DNA of 64,000 nt from NCBI GenBank assembly GCA_964352425.1, contig CAYGRZ010000002.1, forward strand, positions 18,240 through 82,239. Reading direction: 5' to 3'. Each line of letters opens with the position of its first letter. Position 1 is the first letter of the stretch. A program made the position numbers and the translations under genes. The notes beneath the pieces were generated by a model. The model had not been told where the DNA came from and searched no databases. It worked only from the letters and a program-made list of their open reading frames with translations. The stretch is from an uncultured Planctomycetia bacterium (GTDB lineage Bacteria; Omnitrophota; Gorgyraeia; 2-01-FULL-45-10). Positions 19,024-28,561 of this stretch are shown here, piece after piece.

Positions 19024-20187
19024 TTGATAGTTTCCAGGCGCCATAAAAAGCTGGCGCTCAAGACAAGGGTCATCAGAAAGATAGAAGAGGTGTCCCGCGA
19101 CGCCTGGTGCAGTGTATTTCCCGATGTCCTTGAGAGCTACGATTTCTTCAGGACCCTCGACGAATCCGGCCTCGAACAGTTCCCTCTGTATTATATCCTC
19201 GTCTGCGATCGTAAAACATTAGTCGGCGCGACGGCGTGTTTCCTGGTGAACTATTCGCTCGATACGAGCATCAGCGGCCCGCTACGGCGCCTCTCCAATT
19301 CGATAAAGAAGATCAATCCCAATATCTTCAGCCTGAAAGCGCTCGTCTGCGGCATGCCGATAGGGCAGGGGAGGATCGGCATCGCCCGTGACGGCGATAA
19401 GGTCCTGAAGGTCATCCTGCGGCGCATGGAACAGATCGCAAAGAAAGAAAAATGCGCTATTCTGGCCTTTAAGGACTTCCAGGACTCGTACGCCCTGCTC
19501 CTCGACCCTCTCCGGAAAGAAGGCTTCTCAAAGTTCGACAGCCTGCCGACGACCGAAATGAACGTCACGTTCAAGAGTTTTGAGGAATATCTCGGGACTT
19601 TGAGCGCGGCATCCAGGTACGACCTGCGCAGGAAGTTCAGGAGGGTGGACGGCCACGTCAAGCTCGACATGCGCATCACCGATACGCTCGACGACCATAC
19701 CCTTCGCGAGGTGTACAAGCTCTATCTCGATATCGTCGACATGCACGATATGGGATTCGAGCTCCTGCCCATGGCCTTCTTCAGAAATTTGTCGAAGAAC
19801 ATGCCCGACCGCGTCAGGTACTTCCTCTGGAGATCCGAAGGAAAGCTCGTCGCGTTCCTCCTGTGCCTGGTCTCGAAAGACATGCTCATAGATTATTACG
19901 TGGGGATGGACTATGCTGTCGCCCACAAATATCATCTTTACTTCCTGAAGTTCCGCGATGTCCTGAACTGGTGCATCAAGCACGGCATAAAGACATACGA
20001 GATGGGCATCACCGGGTACGAGCCGAAGAGAAGGCTGAACTTTCAGTTCATACCCCTCTATCTCTATGTCCGGCTGCGCAACAGGGCGCTCAGGCCCGTC
20101 TTTAATTTCATTTGCCAGTTCCTGAAGTTCGAGAACTTCGATCCGTCGCTCAAAGAAGCGAAAAAAGCCATGAAGGAGGCGAAATGA
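19024..20187 (+). CDS. GNAT-fold acyltransferase, FemAB-like / Acetyltransf_6 (BioF2-like) family
   Basis: About 390 aa with a pattern recalling FemAB-type N-acyltransferases (FLWRSEGKLVAFLLCL, GIKTYEMG). Family assignment is tentative and the start is uncertain. Confidence 0.45.
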   Translation: MIVSRRHKKLALKTRVIRKIEEVSRDAWCSVFPDVLESYDFFRTLDESGLEQFPLYYILVCDRKTLVGATACFLVNYSLDTSISGPLRRLSNSIKKINPNIFSLKALVCGMPIGQGRIGIARDGDKVLKVILRRMEQIAKKEKCAILAFKDFQDSYALLLDPLRKEGFSKFDSLPTTEMNVTFKSFEEYLGTLSAASRYDLRRKFRRVDGHVKLDMRITDTLDDHTLREVYKLYLDIVDMHDMGFELLPMAFFRNLSKNMPDRVRYFLWRSEGKLVAFLLCLVSKDMLIDYYVGMDYAVAHKYHLYFLKFRDVLNWCIKHGIKTYEMGITGYEPKRRLNFQFIPLYLYVRLRNRALRPVFNFICQFLKFENFDPSLKEAKKAMKEAK

Positions 20188-21551
20188 AAAAACCGCATTT
20201 AAGCATCTGGCAGATATGGAACATGAGTTTCGGGTTTTTCGGCATCCAGTTCGGCTGGGGACTGCAGATGGCGAACATGTCCGCCATCTATGAATTCCTG
20301 GGGGCGAAGTCCGATCAGATACCTATCCTGTGGCTTGCCGCGCCGCTTACGGGGCTTCTCGTCCAGCCGATCGTCGGCCACATGAGCGACCGGACGTGGT
20401 GCGCTCTCGGCCGCAGGAGGCCGTTCTTCCTCACCGGCGCGATATTCGCTTCGCTGGCGCTTCTCCTGATGCCGCACTCCCCGAGCGTGCTGATAGCCGC
20501 GTTCCTCTTGTGGGTGCTCGACTTCTCGGTCAACATAAGCATGGAGCCGTTCCGCGCGTTCGTCGGGGACATGCTTCCCGATGAGCAGCGCGCCCAGGGG
20601 TTCGCGATGCAGAGCCTCCTCATCGGCTTCGGCGCGGTCCTTGCTTCGTCGCTGCCATGGATGATGACGAACTGGTGTGGAGTGTCTTCCGCGCCTCTTG
20701 CAAAAGAGGCGGTCGATACGGTCCGCGAGACGCTCACTGTCACGCTCTCAAGCCTGACCGGCAATGCCGCTATCCCCGCGACCGTGCGCTATTCATTCGC
20801 CGTCGGGGCGGCCGTCTTCTTCTGCGCGGTCCTCTGGACCATCTTCTCGACCAAGGAATATCCGCCCGAGGACATGGAGGCGTTCCGTACAATGAAGGCG
20901 AAGTCTGCCGGGTTTGGCGCCCACGTGAAAGAGCTTGGCCGGGCGTTCGCCGAAATGCCGCGGACGATGAAGCAGCTGGCGTGGGTGCAGCTTTTCACGT
21001 GGTTCGGGCTCTTCTGCATGTGGATATATTTCTCGGTAGCCGTCGCCCATTACATATTCGGCGCCTCGGACCACACGTCAAAGCTTTTCTCTGACGGTAT
21101 CCAATGGGGAGGTATCTGCTTCTCCGTCTATAACGGGGTCTGTTTCGCCTTCTCATTCATATTGATATGGCTTTCGCGCCGGGTGAGCCCAAAAATGATC
21201 CACCTTGTCTGCCTGCTTTGCGGAGGCCTGGGGCTCCTGTCGATCAGCTTCATACACGATAAACAGCTCCTGCTCCTGCCGATGATAGGCGTCGGCGTGG
21301 CGTGGGCGAGTATCGTCTCGATGCCGTACGCGATGCTCTCGGGCGCGCTCCCCTCCGATAAGATGGGTGTCTACATGGGGATATTCAATTTCTTTATCGT
21401 GATACCGCAGATCGCAGCGTCGCTCGGCCTCGGATGGGTGATGAGGAGTTTTCTGCATGACAATTCGATGCTCGCTGTCATGATGGGGGGTGCCAGCATG
21501 ATCATCGCCGCGCTCCTGGTCCCGCGCGTCGAAGTGAAAGAGACAGCGTGA
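20184..21551 (+). CDS. MFS transporter, SLC45/sucrose-H+ symporter-like (GPH family)
   Basis: 12 TM segments. GHMSDRTWCALGRRRPF motif typical of sucrose/oligosaccharide:H+ symporters. ATG at 20184 with a GGAGG RBS, overlapping the previous stop. Confidence 0.75.
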   Translation: MKKPHLSIWQIWNMSFGFFGIQFGWGLQMANMSAIYEFLGAKSDQIPILWLAAPLTGLLVQPIVGHMSDRTWCALGRRRPFFLTGAIFASLALLLMPHSPSVLIAAFLLWVLDFSVNISMEPFRAFVGDMLPDEQRAQGFAMQSLLIGFGAVLASSLPWMMTNWCGVSSAPLAKEAVDTVRETLTVTLSSLTGNAAIPATVRYSFAVGAAVFFCAVLWTIFSTKEYPPEDMEAFRTMKAKSAGFGAHVKELGRAFAEMPRTMKQLAWVQLFTWFGLFCMWIYFSVAVAHYIFGASDHTSKLFSDGIQWGGICFSVYNGVCFAFSFILIWLSRRVSPKMIHLVCLLCGGLGLLSISFIHDKQLLLLPMIGVGVAWASIVSMPYAMLSGALPSDKMGVYMGIFNFFIVIPQIAASLGLGWVMRSFLHDNSMLAVMMGGASMIIAALLVPRVEVKETA

Positions 21552-21558
21552 CATTTCT

Positions 21559-24306
21559 ATGAAGATACAGTTCGATATCAATTATCCTACCCAGTGGGGC
21601 CAGGAGCTGTGCGTGGCCGGCTCGTCCGCCGAGCTTGGAGAGTGGAGCCCCGACAGGTTCGTCGCGATGACGTACCATGACGGCGACGAATGGAAGGCAG
21701 AGATAGACCTTGCCGACTCGAGCGCCGCGTTCGAATACAAGTATGTGCTGAAAGACGCAAACTCCGGCCTCGTCTGGGAATGGGGCGCCAACCGCAGCGT
21801 CTCGATCGACGACAGGAAGGCGGTGACGTTGCGCGACACGTGGCGGTCGGCGGCCGACCAGGATAGCCTCTTCCTCGCCTCGGCATTCACCGCCGCAATA
21901 TTCAACAGGCCGAAGAAGAAGGCGCCCGCGCCCGATCCGAATGCGACGGTCCGCATCCAGGTCAGGGCCGCGCGCATCGAGCCCGGCCACGCGCTCTCGG
22001 TCACCGGCAGCATCCCCGCCCTCGGGAAGTGGTCTCAAACCAAGGCGGCCCCGATGGACCCGGCGGACTTTCCTCTCTGGACGCTCGACCTGCCTCTGGC
22101 CGAGGCAGACATACCGTTCGATTACAAGTACGTCATCAAGGATAAAAAAGGCGCCGTCGTATATGAAGAACACCGTTCCAGGAATTTCGGCGGAGGCACA
22201 TATACACATAGGAGAAAGGCGCACGCTCCGCGGCAGCGCGCGCCGAAGAGCGATGCGGCGGATATGTTTTCCATTATCACCGACGACGCCGTACGCTATA
22301 AGGACAACTGGCGCGGCGCCGGTATCGCTATTCCCGTATTTTCCCTTCGCACGAAAAAAAGCCTCGGGGTCGGCGAATTTCTCGACCTCAAACTCCTGGC
22401 CGACTGGGCGTCGGACTGCGGCTGCAGGCTCATACAGCTCTTGCCCGTGAACGACACCTCGGCTACGATGACGTGGTGGGATTCATACCCGTACGCGAAC
22501 ATCTCCGTCTTCGCGCTCCATCCGCTCTACCTGAATCTCGAGGCTATCGGGACGCTGCCTGAGGCAGAAGCCAAAGAGCTCGAGGCGCAGAAGAAGGTGC
22601 TGAACGCCCACGACCATGTCCATTATGAAGAGGTGATGGCCCTTAAATATCGCCTGGCGCGCGCGCTCTTCCAGGCGGCGAAGGCGAAATTCCTGGCGTC
22701 CGCGGAGTTTGAAATGTTCTTTGAAGAGAACGCTTTCTGGCTGCAGCCGTACGCCGCGTTCTCGGCCCTGCGCGACGCATATACGACGAGCGACTTCTCG
22801 AAGTGGGAGCGCTATGCGCGAGTCACCGAGGCCGATGTCCACAGCATCACCGCGGCCGGTTCGGCACACTACGACAGCGTCGCGTTCTATTATTTCCTGC
22901 AATACCATCTCCACGTCCAGCTCCTCGAGGCAGCCGCGTACGCCGCCTCGAGGAGGATCGCCCTGAAAGGCGATATTCCGATAGGCATCCACAAGCGCTC
23001 CGATTCCTGCTGGCTCCAGCCGGAGCTCTTCAATATGGACGCCGCAGCGGGCGCGCCGCCCGACCCGTTCTCGGAGGCGGGGCAGAACTGGGGATTTCCG
23101 ACGTACAATTGGGACGCGATGGCCGAGGACGGCTACTGGTGGTGGCGCAGGCGCCTCCGGAAGATGTCGGAGTATTTCGGCATGATCAGGCTCGACCACG
23201 TCCTCGGGTTCTTCCGGATATGGGAGATACCCGACGACATGCTCTCCGGCCTCATGGGCCGGTTCAACCCGGCGATACCGATCTCACAGGAGGAGCTCGA
23301 GCGCGAGGGTATCCGGGACTTTAACCGGATGATCGAGCCGTACATACCGCGGTGGCTGGCCAGGATCATCTTCGGCCAGGAGACGAATAGCATCCTCGCG
23401 CTTTACATGGAGGAGGCCTCGCCCGGAATCTATCGCCTGAAGAGCGGCTTCAATACCCAGGCAAAGGTCGAGAAAAATATCACCGCTGCCGCCGACGCGC
23501 CGCAGGAGGCGAAACAAAAGCTCGAGATCATCAAGCGGGGGCTTTCATACCTGATATCGAACGTTATCCTTTTCAGGGACTCCGAGCAGGCCGGCTTCCA
23601 CCCGCGCATCAACTGCATGGATACCCCTTCTTTCGACTGCCTCGATACATGGATGAAGGAGAAGCTCATATATCTCTATAACGATTATTTTTACCGCCGG
23701 CAGGACGGTTTCTGGCGCGGCCAGGCTATGACGAAACTGCCCGTCCTCAAATCCGCGTCCGACATGCTCATCTGCGGAGAGGACCTCGGCATGATACCCG
23801 AGTGCGTCGCGCCGGTCATGGAAGAGCTCTGCATTCTCGGCCTGCGTATCCAGCGGATGCCTAAAGACCCCGGCGCCGAGTTCGGAAAGCCCGCCTCTTA
23901 CCCGTACATGACCGTTTGCACGACTTCCAGCCATGATATGTCGACCATCCGCGGCTGGTGGGGCGAGGACTATGCCAGGGCCCAGCGGTACTGGAAGACG
24001 ATACTGAAGAAGAAAGGCGACGCGCCGTCTGCGTGCGAGAGCGCCGTCGCCGAAGAGATAGTGGGACAGCATCTCGATTCTGGGTCGATGTGGGCGATAT
24101 TCCCGGTCCAGGATATTCTCGCTATGAGCGAAGAGCTGCGCCGGCCTGGTGACCCGCGCGAGGAACAGATCAACGATCCGGCGAACCCGCACCATTACTG
24201 GAAATTCCGTCTGCATATCCAGTTGGAGAAGCTGGTCGCAGATAAAGATTTCAGCGGCAAGGTCATGAAGATGGTGGCCGATTCGGGCCGGTATACTACA
24301 TACTAA
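21559..24306 (+). CDS. malQ: DPE2-type 4-alpha-glucanotransferase (GH77 amylomaltase) with two N-terminal CBM20 starch-binding modules
   Basis: Two CBM20-like repeats (GQELCVAGSSAELGEWS, GHALSVTGSIPALGKWS) followed by a GH77 core (LGVGEFLDLKLLADWASDCGCRLIQLLPVNDT). 915 aa. Confidence 0.85.
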   Translation: MKIQFDINYPTQWGQELCVAGSSAELGEWSPDRFVAMTYHDGDEWKAEIDLADSSAAFEYKYVLKDANSGLVWEWGANRSVSIDDRKAVTLRDTWRSAADQDSLFLASAFTAAIFNRPKKKAPAPDPNATVRIQVRAARIEPGHALSVTGSIPALGKWSQTKAAPMDPADFPLWTLDLPLAEADIPFDYKYVIKDKKGAVVYEEHRSRNFGGGTYTHRRKAHAPRQRAPKSDAADMFSIITDDAVRYKDNWRGAGIAIPVFSLRTKKSLGVGEFLDLKLLADWASDCGCRLIQLLPVNDTSATMTWWDSYPYANISVFALHPLYLNLEAIGTLPEAEAKELEAQKKVLNAHDHVHYEEVMALKYRLARALFQAAKAKFLASAEFEMFFEENAFWLQPYAAFSALRDAYTTSDFSKWERYARVTEADVHSITAAGSAHYDSVAFYYFLQYHLHVQLLEAAAYAASRRIALKGDIPIGIHKRSDSCWLQPELFNMDAAAGAPPDPFSEAGQNWGFPTYNWDAMAEDGYWWWRRRLRKMSEYFGMIRLDHVLGFFRIWEIPDDMLSGLMGRFNPAIPISQEELEREGIRDFNRMIEPYIPRWLARIIFGQETNSILALYMEEASPGIYRLKSGFNTQAKVEKNITAAADAPQEAKQKLEIIKRGLSYLISNVILFRDSEQAGFHPRINCMDTPSFDCLDTWMKEKLIYLYNDYFYRRQDGFWRGQAMTKLPVLKSASDMLICGEDLGMIPECVAPVMEELCILGLRIQRMPKDPGAEFGKPASYPYMTVCTTSSHDMSTIRGWWGEDYARAQRYWKTILKKKGDAPSACESAVAEEIVGQHLDSGSMWAIFPVQDILAMSEELRRPGDPREEQINDPANPHHYWKFRLHIQLEKLVADKDFSGKVMKMVADSGRYTTY

Positions 24307-24318
24307 ACGGGGGGAAAG

Positions 24319-25884
24319 ATGAAAAGAAAAGCCTTTGTGGCTGTGGTGTGTGCGTGTGCTGCCTTGCTTTCAGGCAGTCCGGTTTTCGCGCAAAGCGCGC
24401 CGGAGGGCGATGTCGCGGCGATGAAGAAAGAGATCGAAACACTGAAGAACCGCATGGTGGCGCTCGAAAAGATCATCGTCAAGCAGCGGATCATCCCGGA
24501 AGAAGAGGCGAAAGAGCGCTATCCGGCCCTCCAGGAAGAGGTGGCCGGCCAGGCCGAGCACGTAACAGCACCCGAAGCCGAGAAGATATCGGCGCAGACG
24601 ACCGTCGATCTGCTGAAGAAATACAGCACTCAGGTCGCCGAGGAATCGAAGAACATCCTCTTCAAGCAGCCCGACTACCTGCCCAACTATATTACGAGAG
24701 GCCTCGAATTCCACGGGTATTTCCGCTCCGGCTATGGCGTCAACTCCAAGGGCGGACATATGCAGGCGTTCCAGGCTCCCGACGCGCTGGCCAAGTACAG
24801 GCTGGGCAATGAACAGGAGACATATATAGAGACCGTCTTCCTGAACCGGAACTGGAACCCCGACCCGCAGGGCGTGACGCTCGAGACGCAGATCCGCGTC
24901 GCGTACCAGACGCAGCAGAACCAGACATGGGACCTCACCAACCAGGTCGTCCTGCGCGAGATGTACGCCAGGATGGGCCAGTTCCTCGATTGGGACAAAG
25001 ACGTAAAGGTATGGGCGGGCCAGCGGTTTTGCAGGCTGCCCGAACTCGATATTATCGACTTCTGGTGGTATGACATGTCCGGCTATGGCGGCGGGTTCGA
25101 GGATATCAATTGCGGGATCGGCAAACTCGATATCACATTTATCGGCTACGCCAACAATGACATTACCCTCTCGACGAACCGCGGCCGGCTCTCGAAGGAA
25201 AATCTCAATATCAAGCTGAACGATGTCGATGTGCCGTTCGGCAAGGGCATGTTCTGGGCCAACGGCGGCTTCATCAAAGGCGGTACGTGGACCGAGGACA
25301 CGACGATCAAGTATCCCGACATGGGCGGCGTCGATATCGGTTTCATGCACTATATGCCGGGCGAACTCAATAACAACCAGTTCGGCGCCCAGTTCGGCTG
25401 CGGGGCATGCACATCGCTCTCGGCAGGCGGCAATATCCCGACGGAAAGCGACGACCGGAATTCCTGGAGGGTGCGTATCACCGATATGTGGAACCGCCAG
25501 ATCACGGAGAAGCTGAGCGTGCAGGCCGTCGGCGTCTATCAGTATACCTATGACGGCGAAGCGACGAAGAACAACGAGACTTGGGTAAGCGTCGGCTTCA
25601 GGCCCATCTATATGCTTACGAAGCATTTTGGCGTTGAAGTCGAACCGGGAATGGATTATATTAATAATCCGAGGGATGATTACGATACATGCCTGTTCAA
25701 GCTGACGGGCGGCATACGCATTACGCCGGGCACGATATTCAATTCGAGGCCTGCGTTCAGGTTCTTCGCGACATACGCGCGCTGGGGCGACGGTTTCAAG
25801 GGCAATACGCTTCTTGGCGGCGATGCATTCGTGTCCCAGCGGGAAGGTATGAACTACGGTATCCAGTGCGAGAACTGGTGGTAA
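24319..25884 (+). CDS. LamB-like carbohydrate porin (maltoporin family) with an N-terminal coiled-coil extension
   Basis: Signal peptide. C-terminal FRFFATYARWGDGF...GIQCENWW closely parallels the E. coli LamB C-terminus (IRVFATYAKWDE...EIWW). About 60 N-terminal residues are coiled-coil-like (EIETLKNRMVALEKIIVKQ). Confidence 0.7.
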   Translation: MKRKAFVAVVCACAALLSGSPVFAQSAPEGDVAAMKKEIETLKNRMVALEKIIVKQRIIPEEEAKERYPALQEEVAGQAEHVTAPEAEKISAQTTVDLLKKYSTQVAEESKNILFKQPDYLPNYITRGLEFHGYFRSGYGVNSKGGHMQAFQAPDALAKYRLGNEQETYIETVFLNRNWNPDPQGVTLETQIRVAYQTQQNQTWDLTNQVVLREMYARMGQFLDWDKDVKVWAGQRFCRLPELDIIDFWWYDMSGYGGGFEDINCGIGKLDITFIGYANNDITLSTNRGRLSKENLNIKLNDVDVPFGKGMFWANGGFIKGGTWTEDTTIKYPDMGGVDIGFMHYMPGELNNNQFGAQFGCGACTSLSAGGNIPTESDDRNSWRVRITDMWNRQITEKLSVQAVGVYQYTYDGEATKNNETWVSVGFRPIYMLTKHFGVEVEPGMDYINNPRDDYDTCLFKLTGGIRITPGTIFNSRPAFRFFATYARWGDGFKGNTLLGGDAFVSQREGMNYGIQCENWW

Positions 25885-25885
25885 C

Positions 25886-25931
25886 GGGACTGTCCCCGGC
25901 TATGTGTCTTCTTGGAAGTGGGGACTGTCCC
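25886..25931. promoter_or_regulatory. Two copies of the palindromic 11-mer GGGACTGTCCC spaced 35 bp centre to centre; candidate operator pair upstream of the sugar ABC operon
   Basis: Exact repeats at 25886-25896 and 25921-25931. They flank a TTGGAA -35-like hexamer. Confidence 0.35.
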
Positions 25932-25962
25932 TATGTTAGTAATATAAGATAGGGGGTAGTCT

Positions 25963-26988
25963 ATGAAGAAGTACTTGATCGGTTTTGCAGCGTTTCTGGC
26001 CGCGATAGCGATCGCAATGCCGGTGTATGCTGCTCCGGCGAAGGCGAAGCCCGGCAAGAAGATAAAGATCGGCGTGAGCCTCCCGACGCAGCGCGACGAG
26101 CGCTGGGTGCGCGACGCGCAGAAGATGAAGGACGTTGCCAAAGAAGAGGGCGTCGACCTGCGCATGCAGATATGCGATAACGACGCGTCAAAGCAGATGT
26201 CGCAATGCGAGAACCTGCTCGCCCAGGGCATCGATATCCTCGTTTTGGCCCCGCATGACGCAACGAGTGCCGCGGCGATCGTCGACAACGCCAGGGCCGC
26301 CGGCCTTGAAGTAATCTCGTACGACCGGCTCGTCCTCGACGCCGATGTTGACCTCTACGTTTCGTATGATAATTTCGAAGTGGGCCGCCTGATGGGCGAA
26401 TATCTCGTCAACAAGGTCCCCAAGGGCAGTTACGCCGTCTTTGCCGGCGCGCCGACCGATAATAATGCCAAACTTTACCGCGACGGTGCTCTTTCAATGA
26501 TAAAGCCGTTGGCAGACAAAGGCGACATCAAGATCGTGATGGACCAGTGGATAACCGACTGGCAGCCGACGATCGCGATGAACCTGATGCAGAACGCGCT
26601 CACCGCCAATAAGAACAAGATCGACGCGGTTGTGGCACCCAACGACAATACCGCGGGCGGCATTATACAGGCGCTCTCCGGCGTCGGCCTGGCAGGCAAG
26701 GTCCCGGTCACGGGCCAGGACGCCGAGGACACGGCAGCCCAGCGCATCATCCAGGGCACGCAGGCGATGACCGTCTTCAAGGACACCAAGCAGCAGGCCG
26801 CCGACGCGATACATGCGGCGATAAAGATGGTGGGCGGCCAGGACCCCGGCGCCACGTCCAAAGTCAATAACCGCAAGAAAGACGTCCCGTCGATACTCCT
26901 GAAGCCGGTCGTGGTGGACCGCTCCAATATCGACGACGTGCTCATCAAGAGCGGGTATATAACGCGGGAAGAAGCGTACAAGAAATAG
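25963..26988 (+). CDS. Sugar ABC transporter substrate-binding protein (XylF/RbsB-like periplasmic binding protein)
   Basis: Signal peptide. Long colinear similarity to D-xylose-binding XylF (KIGVSLPTQRDERW, QGIDILVLAPHD, VISYDRLVLDADVDLYVSYDNFEVG, AGAPTDNNAKLYRDG). Confidence 0.85.
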   Translation: MKKYLIGFAAFLAAIAIAMPVYAAPAKAKPGKKIKIGVSLPTQRDERWVRDAQKMKDVAKEEGVDLRMQICDNDASKQMSQCENLLAQGIDILVLAPHDATSAAAIVDNARAAGLEVISYDRLVLDADVDLYVSYDNFEVGRLMGEYLVNKVPKGSYAVFAGAPTDNNAKLYRDGALSMIKPLADKGDIKIVMDQWITDWQPTIAMNLMQNALTANKNKIDAVVAPNDNTAGGIIQALSGVGLAGKVPVTGQDAEDTAAQRIIQGTQAMTVFKDTKQQAADAIHAAIKMVGGQDPGATSKVNNRKKDVPSILLKPVVVDRSNIDDVLIKSGYITREEAYKK

Positions 26989-27003
26989 AGAACGACCGGT
27001 TTT

Positions 27004-27029
27004 GACCTACGAGGTCGACCTCGTAGGTC
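27004..27029 (+). promoter_or_regulatory. Perfect 26-bp palindrome GACCTACGAGGTC|GACCTCGTAGGTC between the binding-protein and ATPase genes (intra-operon stem-loop)
   Basis: Seen directly. No T-run follows. This is the typical position for a stabilising hairpin after the solute-binding-protein gene in ABC operons. Confidence 0.5.
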
Positions 27030-27049
27030 GATTCGGTTAAAGGAACGCT

Positions 27050-28561
27050 ATGAGCGGCTATATGCTCGAGATGAAGGCCATCTCGAAAGACTTCCCCGGC
27101 GTCAAGGCGCTCGACGATGTCACGTTCAGCGTGAAGAAGGGCGAGATCCACGCGCTCGTCGGCGAGAACGGCGCGGGCAAATCGACGCTGATGAAGATCT
27201 TAAGCGGCGTCTATCCGGCAGGCGATTATGACGGCGATATCGTCATCGACGGTGCCACGAAACGCTTCAAGGATACCGGGGAATCCGAGCGCGCAGGCAT
27301 AGCCATCATCTACCAGGAGCTTGCCCTCGTAAAACAGCTCTCGATAGCCGAGAATATCTGCCTGGGCGGCGAGATCTCCAGAGGCGGCGTCATCGACTGG
27401 AACGCCTCCTACAAAAAAGCAGAAAGTGCGCTTAAGGCTGTTGGCCTGACCGTAAATCCGACATTCCCGGTCTCGTATCTCGGCGTGGGCGAGCAGCAGC
27501 TCGTCGCCATCGCCAAGGCCCTTTCGAAGAATGCGCGCATCCTCGTTCTCGACGAGCCGACTGCCGCCCTCTCCGAGGGGGAATCGACGCGGCTCCTGGG
27601 CATCTTGAAAGAGCTTCAGGGCCGCGGTGTGACCTGTATCTATATCTCTCACCGCCTGAAAGAAGTCTTCGAGATCGCGGACCGCATCACGGTCCTGCGC
27701 GACGGCAAGACGATCGCCACGCACGACAGGGCGCGCTTAGACGAGAATAAGCTGATAGCGCTCATGGTCGGGCGCGAGGTAACGAATATCTATCCCCGGA
27801 AAGCGCGCACGGCCGGCGAGGTCGTCCTCGAAGTAAAGAACTGGTCCGTCTACGATCCCGATATCAATAAGACTATCGCCGACGTCAGCTTCAAACTGCG
27901 CAAGGGCGAGATCCTCGGCATGGCCGGCCTCATCGGCGCAGGCCGCACCGAGCTCGTCATGAGCTTTTTCCATTTTTGGGGCCGCAAGGTGTCGGGGCAG
28001 GTATTCCTCGAAGGAAAAGAACTCGACCTCGCAAGTGCCGGCGAAACCATTGCCGCGGGAATAAGCCTCGCCTCCGAGGATCGCAAAAGATACGGCCTGG
28101 TGCTGGACGACGACATCTGCAAGAATATCTCGCTTGCCAGCCTCGAACGCATTTCGAAATTCAGGGTCGTCAATATGATGGAGGAGATCACGGCAGCCGA
28201 GAAGTACACCAGGGATCTCAGGATAAAGACGCCGTCGATCGAGCAGAAGGCCGGCAATCTTTCGGGCGGCAACCAGCAGAAGGTCGTCCTCGGCAAATGG
28301 CTCATGACGATGCCCAAAGTCCTCATCCTCGACGAGCCCACACGCGGCATAGACGTCGGCGCGAAGGTCGAGATATACAATATCATAAATGAACTGGTCG
28401 ACCGCGGCGTCGCGGTCATCGTAATATCGTCCGATCTTGCGGAGATCCTCGGAGTATCGGACCGCATCCTCATCATGCACGAAGGCCGCTTCACCGGAGA
28501 GCTTACCGGTAAAGAGGCCACACAGGAAAAGATAATGCATTACGCCACGGGAGGTACGTGA
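27050..28561 (+). CDS. Sugar ABC transporter ATP-binding protein with duplicated ABC domains (XylG/RbsA-like)
   Basis: Two ABC cassettes (GENGAGKST, LSVGEQQL, LVLDEPT; then GLIGAGRTE, LSGGNQQKV, LILDEPT). 503 aa. Confidence 0.85.
   Translation: MSGYMLEMKAISKDFPGVKALDDVTFSVKKGEIHALVGENGAGKSTLMKILSGVYPAGDYDGDIVIDGATKRFKDTGESERAGIAIIYQELALVKQLSIAENICLGGEISRGGVIDWNASYKKAESALKAVGLTVNPTFPVSYLGVGEQQLVAIAKALSKNARILVLDEPTAALSEGESTRLLGILKELQGRGVTCIYISHRLKEVFEIADRITVLRDGKTIATHDRARLDENKLIALMVGREVTNIYPRKARTAGEVVLEVKNWSVYDPDINKTIADVSFKLRKGEILGMAGLIGAGRTELVMSFFHFWGRKVSGQVFLEGKELDLASAGETIAAGISLASEDRKRYGLVLDDDICKNISLASLERISKFRVVNMMEEITAAEKYTRDLRIKTPSIEQKAGNLSGGNQQKVVLGKWLMTMPKVLILDEPTRGIDVGAKVEIYNIINELVDRGVAVIVISSDLAEILGVSDRILIMHEGRFTGELTGKEATQEKIMHYATGGT

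Noticed and set aside
24370-25626. 418-aa minus-strand ORF inside the LamB-like porin gene
   Set aside because: Shadow ORF. The plus-strand product has a signal peptide and a LamB-like C-terminus.
27004-27029. 26-bp perfect palindrome as a mobile element or REP copy
   Set aside because: Its arms (GACCTACGAGGTC) differ from the GTAGGG...GTTTAAAC family. Its position directly after the solute-binding-protein gene fits the common intra-operon stabilising hairpin of ABC importers.
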